From Chloroflexota bacterium (lineage in GTDB: Bacteria > Chloroflexota > UBA11872 > VXOZ01): a DNA stretch of 64,000 bases. This document shows, piece by piece, positions 60,104 through 64,000 of the stretch (positions within the stretch are counted from its first letter, which is position 1; every line of letters starts with the position of its first letter). Location of the stretch: NCBI GenBank assembly GCA_963662335.2, contig CAXXVD010000002.1:1-64000 (forward strand). Reading direction: 5' to 3'. The position numbers and the translations under genes were made by a program. The notes beneath the pieces were generated by a model. That model did not search any database. It saw nothing but the letters and a program-made list of their open reading frames with translations, and was not told where the DNA came from.

Positions 60104-61123
60104 ATGGTAACCCTACGCGGTTTGTATGAAACGTCCATCGCGATTGGGCGCGCACTGGATCCCAGGGGCCAGGCGGCCATCGAGGGCCAACTGCGGCAGC
60201 GCCGCGACGAGTACGCCGCGCTGCCGGCCTGGGAGCAAGCGCTCTACGATCAGGAGCGCTTCCGCAACCCGTATGGCGACGTGCGCATTGCCCACGGCCC
60301 GGCGGATACGCCCATCCAAACCGCGCTGGTCGGCATCAACATCCACGTGCCGGAGATGCTGCTGGGCGCGCACTTGGCCGCCAAAGGCACGCGCATCGAC
60401 GCTTTCATTTCCCACCACACGAACAGCGTCGGCGTCTCCGCCTCGCTGGTGGCAGACTTCATGGAGATCAACGCCGACTATCTCATCTGGGAAGGTGTGC
60501 CGGAGGATGAAGCGCGGGCGTCCATCTTCGACTACATGGCGGAGCGCCTGCAAGCGCACGAGGACATGCACCGCATCGGCCCCGACACCGCCAGGCTGCT
60601 GGGCTATCCGCTGGCCTGCATCCACACGCCGGTTGACCTGGCGCACCGCCAGTACATCAACGCGCTCTTGGCACGGGGGAAGCCTGAGACCGTCGGCGAC
60701 ATCGTCGAAGTGATGCTGACGCTGCCGGAGATGCAAGAAGCCGCCCACATCGGCGCATGGCCGCGCGTCATGGTTGGCGACGCGGCGCAACCCGCCGGCC
60801 GCATCCACGCAAAATTCGCCGGCGGCTACGCCTATCCGCCCAGCGCCTATCCGCTGCTGGCGCGGGCGGGCGTGAACACCGTGGTGCAGGTCTCGGCGTC
60901 GGCGGCCACGGTGGACGCCTGCCGCGCGCACGGCATCGCCCTGGTGCGCCTGCCCCACTACGCCACCGACAATATCGGCCAGAACCTGCTGCTGGACGAA
61001 CTGATGCGCCGCCTGGCGCCGTTCAACGTGATTCCCTGCAACTACTTCGGCCGGGTGGACCGGGCGGGCGACTTGGCCAAGTTGCTGGCGGCAGGGCCGA
61101 TCATCAGGAGTCTCCGTCACTAG
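60104..61123 (+). CDS. NIF3-like protein, tandem paralogue
   Basis: Same motifs: DPRG, NPYGDVRI, ISHH, IHTPVD, PHYATDNIG. Confidence 0.7.
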   Translation: MVTLRGLYETSIAIGRALDPRGQAAIEGQLRQRRDEYAALPAWEQALYDQERFRNPYGDVRIAHGPADTPIQTALVGINIHVPEMLLGAHLAAKGTRIDAFISHHTNSVGVSASLVADFMEINADYLIWEGVPEDEARASIFDYMAERLQAHEDMHRIGPDTARLLGYPLACIHTPVDLAHRQYINALLARGKPETVGDIVEVMLTLPEMQEAAHIGAWPRVMVGDAAQPAGRIHAKFAGGYAYPPSAYPLLARAGVNTVVQVSASAATVDACRAHGIALVRLPHYATDNIGQNLLLDELMRRLAPFNVIPCNYFGRVDRAGDLAKLLAAGPIIRSLRH

Positions 61124-61161
61124 AGCGAAGAGAACGGGGCCCAGATTTTCTTTAGAATGCG

Positions 61162-61192
61162 AACACCCGCCAAATGGCGGGTGTTGTGTTAT
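61162..61192. terminator. Putative terminator between convergent genes
   Basis: AACACCCGCCA-AA-TGGCGGGTGTT followed by T-rich sequence. Confidence 0.6.
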
Positions 61193-61262
61193 CGGCAAGA
61201 GATCCGGCGCGGAGCAACGCCCGCAGTCTCACATCCATTCTTTCCCACCAGCCCGCGCGGCG

Positions 61263-62792
61263 TTAGCTCTCTTTCGCGGCGGACCAGCCGGTAGCAACGT
61301 CGTCGAACACTTCCGTGATCTTTTCAGACGGCGCGGCCGTAAGCAGCGTGACGACCACGGCGATGGGAATGGCCATCACGATCCCCGGCGTGGCCGGTTG
61401 GATGTCCATGATGCCGCCGGGGCCGCCGGAGAAGTAGCCCCAAATCGAGGCGATCGCCGTGCCGGAGAGCATCGACGCCAGCGCGCCCCAGAAGTTGAAG
61501 CGCCGCCAGTAGAGCGCCAGCAGGATCAGCGGGCCGAAGGCCGCGCCCATGCCGCCCCAGGCGTAGGAAACCAGGTTGTAGACCGAATCGGGGTTGAAGA
61601 TGGACAGGAGCGCCGCGATCAGCCCGACCACCACCAGCAGGAAGCGGCCCAGCCACACCCGCGCGAATGCCCCCATTATGAAAACGTAGCGCTTGGCGTA
61701 GGCATAGCGCTTGACGATGGGCAAATCGTCGGTGGCCATGGCCGAGGCCAGGAGCAGTTGCGAGTCCGCCGTGCTCATGACGGCGGCAATCACCGCCGAG
61801 AGCAGCACGCCCGCTATGACGGGCGGAAAGAATACGGTGGCGGTCACAAGATAGAGGCGCTCCGCGTCCGCCGTCACCTCCTCCATCCGCCCCACCTCGG
61901 CCAGGGCGGGCAAGGCCACCAGGCCCAGCACCAGGCCGAACACGAAGATCAGCAGCGTCCACAGCGTGCTGATGTCGCGGCTGGGCCGGATGCGCTCTTC
62001 GCTCTCCACCGCCATGAAGCGCTGCAAGAAGCGCAGCGAGCCAAAGCTGCCCAAACCCCATCCGGCCGCCGAGAGCAGGAACGTGACGGTGATGCCCTCG
62101 CCCGCCGCGTCGGTGAAGGGATTCCAAAAGCCGGGGGCCATGTCCTCGAAGCCCTGAAACGGATCGGCGGTGAGGAAGATCAACGTGAGCGGCAGGATGA
62201 TGAAACCGCCCAGCATGATGAGCGCCTGGAAGACGTCGGTGCGGGAAACGGCCAGAAAACCGCCGATGAACGTGTAGGACGCCACCGCCACCAGTGTCAC
62301 CAGGATGCCCACGATGCCGTCCAGGCCGAAGACCGTCTCCAACAGCTTGGAACCGGCAATCAAGCCGGAACTGATGTAGAAGATGATGAAGAAAAGGGCG
62401 ATGGCGCAGGAAAGGGTGCGCAGCACGCCCCGTTCGTCCCCAAAGCGCTTCTCGAAGAACTCCGGGAAGGTGAGGGAGTTGTCCGCGGCGATGGTGTAGC
62501 GGCGCAGGCGCTTGGCGTAGATCGCCCACGTCAACCAGACGCCGAGCACGAGGCTCAGCACGGTCCAAAACTCGATGGCGCCGTTGGTGAACGCCAGGGC
62601 CGGAAAGACCAGCATCGTCCAGCCGCTGGCGGTCGACGAACCGGAACTCAACGCCGAGGTAAAACTGCCCACACGCCGCCCGGCCAGCACGTAGTCCGAC
62701 ATCTCCTGCATCTGGCGGCTGCGAAAGACCGCAATGCCAATCAGCGCCGCGAAATACGCCAGGAAGACGATGAGCACCCACGTGGTCAACAT
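61263..62792 (-). CDS. putP: Sodium/proline symporter (SSS family)
   Basis: DYVLAGR, ALSSGSSTASGW, GGFLAVSRTD, AAVMSTADSQLL, AWGGMGAAFGP. Confidence 0.88.
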   Translation of the reverse strand: MLTTWVLIVFLAYFAALIGIAVFRSRQMQEMSDYVLAGRRVGSFTSALSSGSSTASGWTMLVFPALAFTNGAIEFWTVLSLVLGVWLTWAIYAKRLRRYTIAADNSLTFPEFFEKRFGDERGVLRTLSCAIALFFIIFYISSGLIAGSKLLETVFGLDGIVGILVTLVAVASYTFIGGFLAVSRTDVFQALIMLGGFIILPLTLIFLTADPFQGFEDMAPGFWNPFTDAAGEGITVTFLLSAAGWGLGSFGSLRFLQRFMAVESEERIRPSRDISTLWTLLIFVFGLVLGLVALPALAEVGRMEEVTADAERLYLVTATVFFPPVIAGVLLSAVIAAVMSTADSQLLLASAMATDDLPIVKRYAYAKRYVFIMGAFARVWLGRFLLVVVGLIAALLSIFNPDSVYNLVSYAWGGMGAAFGPLILLALYWRRFNFWGALASMLSGTAIASIWGYFSGGPGGIMDIQPATPGIVMAIPIAVVVTLLTAAPSEKITEVFDDVATGWSAAKES

Positions 62793-63140
62793 GCGAAAAG
62801 CAATCCTCTCAAGCTTTCGCTATGGCATCCTACAGAATACTAGCTGCGGCAGGTTGTGTCTACCGCAAGGCCACCGCGACTTAGGCGACAGTCCTGCAGG
62901 AGGCGAAACGCGAGAACCGGCGGCACGTGTTGTCCTGCCTTGGCCAGGGCCAATCTCGTCTCCGCGACGCTGAAGACAGCGGTCACGGTCCACGCCCTGC
63001 GGAACAGACTCTGGCTGCGACAGTCAGTAAGGGTACGAGACAGTGGGCCCTAATGCTCACCGCACCATCTTCCCGGCGACCCAAGTGCAAACACCCGCCG
63101 GGGAGGCGGGTGTGATAAGCAATGAATAGCGTGAAGAGCG

Positions 63141-63326
63141 TCAGTCCACCGGAACAAGCTTGATCTTGCCGTCTACCTGCACGAGCCGCACTCGCTCTTT
63201 CTTCCCGGCTACTTGCTTCTCCGGTTTTACGCTGTCTCCCGAGCTACCACTGCGCCGCTCATCGTATGGCCGGGGCTTCTCGCCCTTGACTTGCCTAGCT
63301 ACACCACTGCGCTCGCCGTTATACAT
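63141..63326 (-). CDS. Small basic hypothetical protein
   Basis: ATG overlaps the stop of the upstream ORF (ATGTATAA); no family recognised. Confidence 0.35.
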   Translation of the reverse strand: MYNGERSGVARQVKGEKPRPYDERRSGSSGDSVKPEKQVAGKKERVRLVQVDGKIKLVPVD

Positions 63327-64000
63327 CATCGCCAAATCCTGTGTGACGGTGTTGCAACTCCGGTTCGTTGAGAATCCGAAATCCTTCTCCTTTCGTCACC
63401 ATCGCAACCTGAGTCCTGCCTCCCACTGTTGCCACCCCGGGCGCAAACCTCGACTTGCCGGATTGTAGATTAACCAAGAAAGCCACGAAGTCCACTGCGC
63501 TCTGTAGAGGCAGATTTCCATAGTCAAAGCCTACCTTCAGCTTGTCCCAGGGAAGAGACACCTCCAACTTCGAGGGTAACACAGATTCAACATCAGGAGG
63601 CAACTCAAAGCCAATTTCAGCAAAGACGTCATCCAGTATTTTGACAATTGCGCCGGTCAACTGCTCATAGTTCTCGTCAATCAACCGACCTAGGTGGTTC
63701 TCGATTTCTTCCTTGAGAGCACTGTCATAGCCTCGTATCAGCCGCTCTACGCTGTCCGCTTGACCACTCCATGCAACCCCAAAACTGCCTTGGCTAAAGT
63801 GCTCGTACACTTCATTGGCTTTAGTATCAAGACGATAGACTGCAGGTAGTTCATCAGTTGCGCCATAGCCACCGACGAGAAAATTCGGTCCAGTCCAATA
63901 GTCTTGAGGAATTGTAGAGTCTTTGTAATGCTCTACGAAGTGATCTCTCATGAAGGACAGAAATGCACTGGACACAGAACGAACGTCTTCATAGGTCTCC
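63319..64000 (-). CDS. Hypothetical protein, 5'-truncated by the window edge; possible Ntn-hydrolase/proteasome-subunit-like fold
   Basis: Frame open to the edge; FLVGGY..VYRLD..VAWSGQ and LPLQSAVDFVAFLV..TVGGRTQVAMVTKGEGF; visibly lower GC than the rest of the window. Confidence 0.6.
   Translation of the reverse strand, partial: ETYEDVRSVSSAFLSFMRDHFVEHYKDSTIPQDYWTGPNFLVGGYGATDELPAVYRLDTKANEVYEHFSQGSFGVAWSGQADSVERLIRGYDSALKEEIENHLGRLIDENYEQLTGAIVKILDDVFAEIGFELPPDVESVLPSKLEVSLPWDKLKVGFDYGNLPLQSAVDFVAFLVNLQSGKSRFAPGVATVGGRTQVAMVTKGEGFRILNEPELQHRHTGFGDDV

Overview
GC-rich bacterial chromosomal window. The gene repertoire suggests Chloroflexota (inference only). It has three kinds of content. 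(1) Housekeeping blocks: rplJL with an L10 leader, rpmH-rnpA-yidD-yidC-jag, ybaB-recR, rpsA-clpC-radA-ispDF-cysES, nitrilase-nadE, rsmI, tRNA-Lys and tRNA-Cys. (2) Many catabolic genes: amidohydrolases, Gfo/Idh/MocA oxidoreductases, PLP aminotransferases and a solute-binding protein. (3) Intergenic DNA saturated with several REP-like palindrome families. The most striking element is a compact dop - small ORF - pafA operon (54919-58208, minus strand). Its 69-aa middle ORF is not listed on its own in the ORF track, ends in GGE, and is neither a canonical Pup nor a canonical UBact. No ARC or 20S proteasome genes are adjacent. Other oddities are a QueF homologue with its catalytic Cys replaced by Asp, a stand-alone three-repeat ClpC N-domain protein upstream of clpC, tandem NIF3-like paralogues, a pair of uncharacterised envelope paralogues and a CysRS with KMAHS. 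All calls come from reading motifs by eye; no searches were run, and start codons are best estimates.
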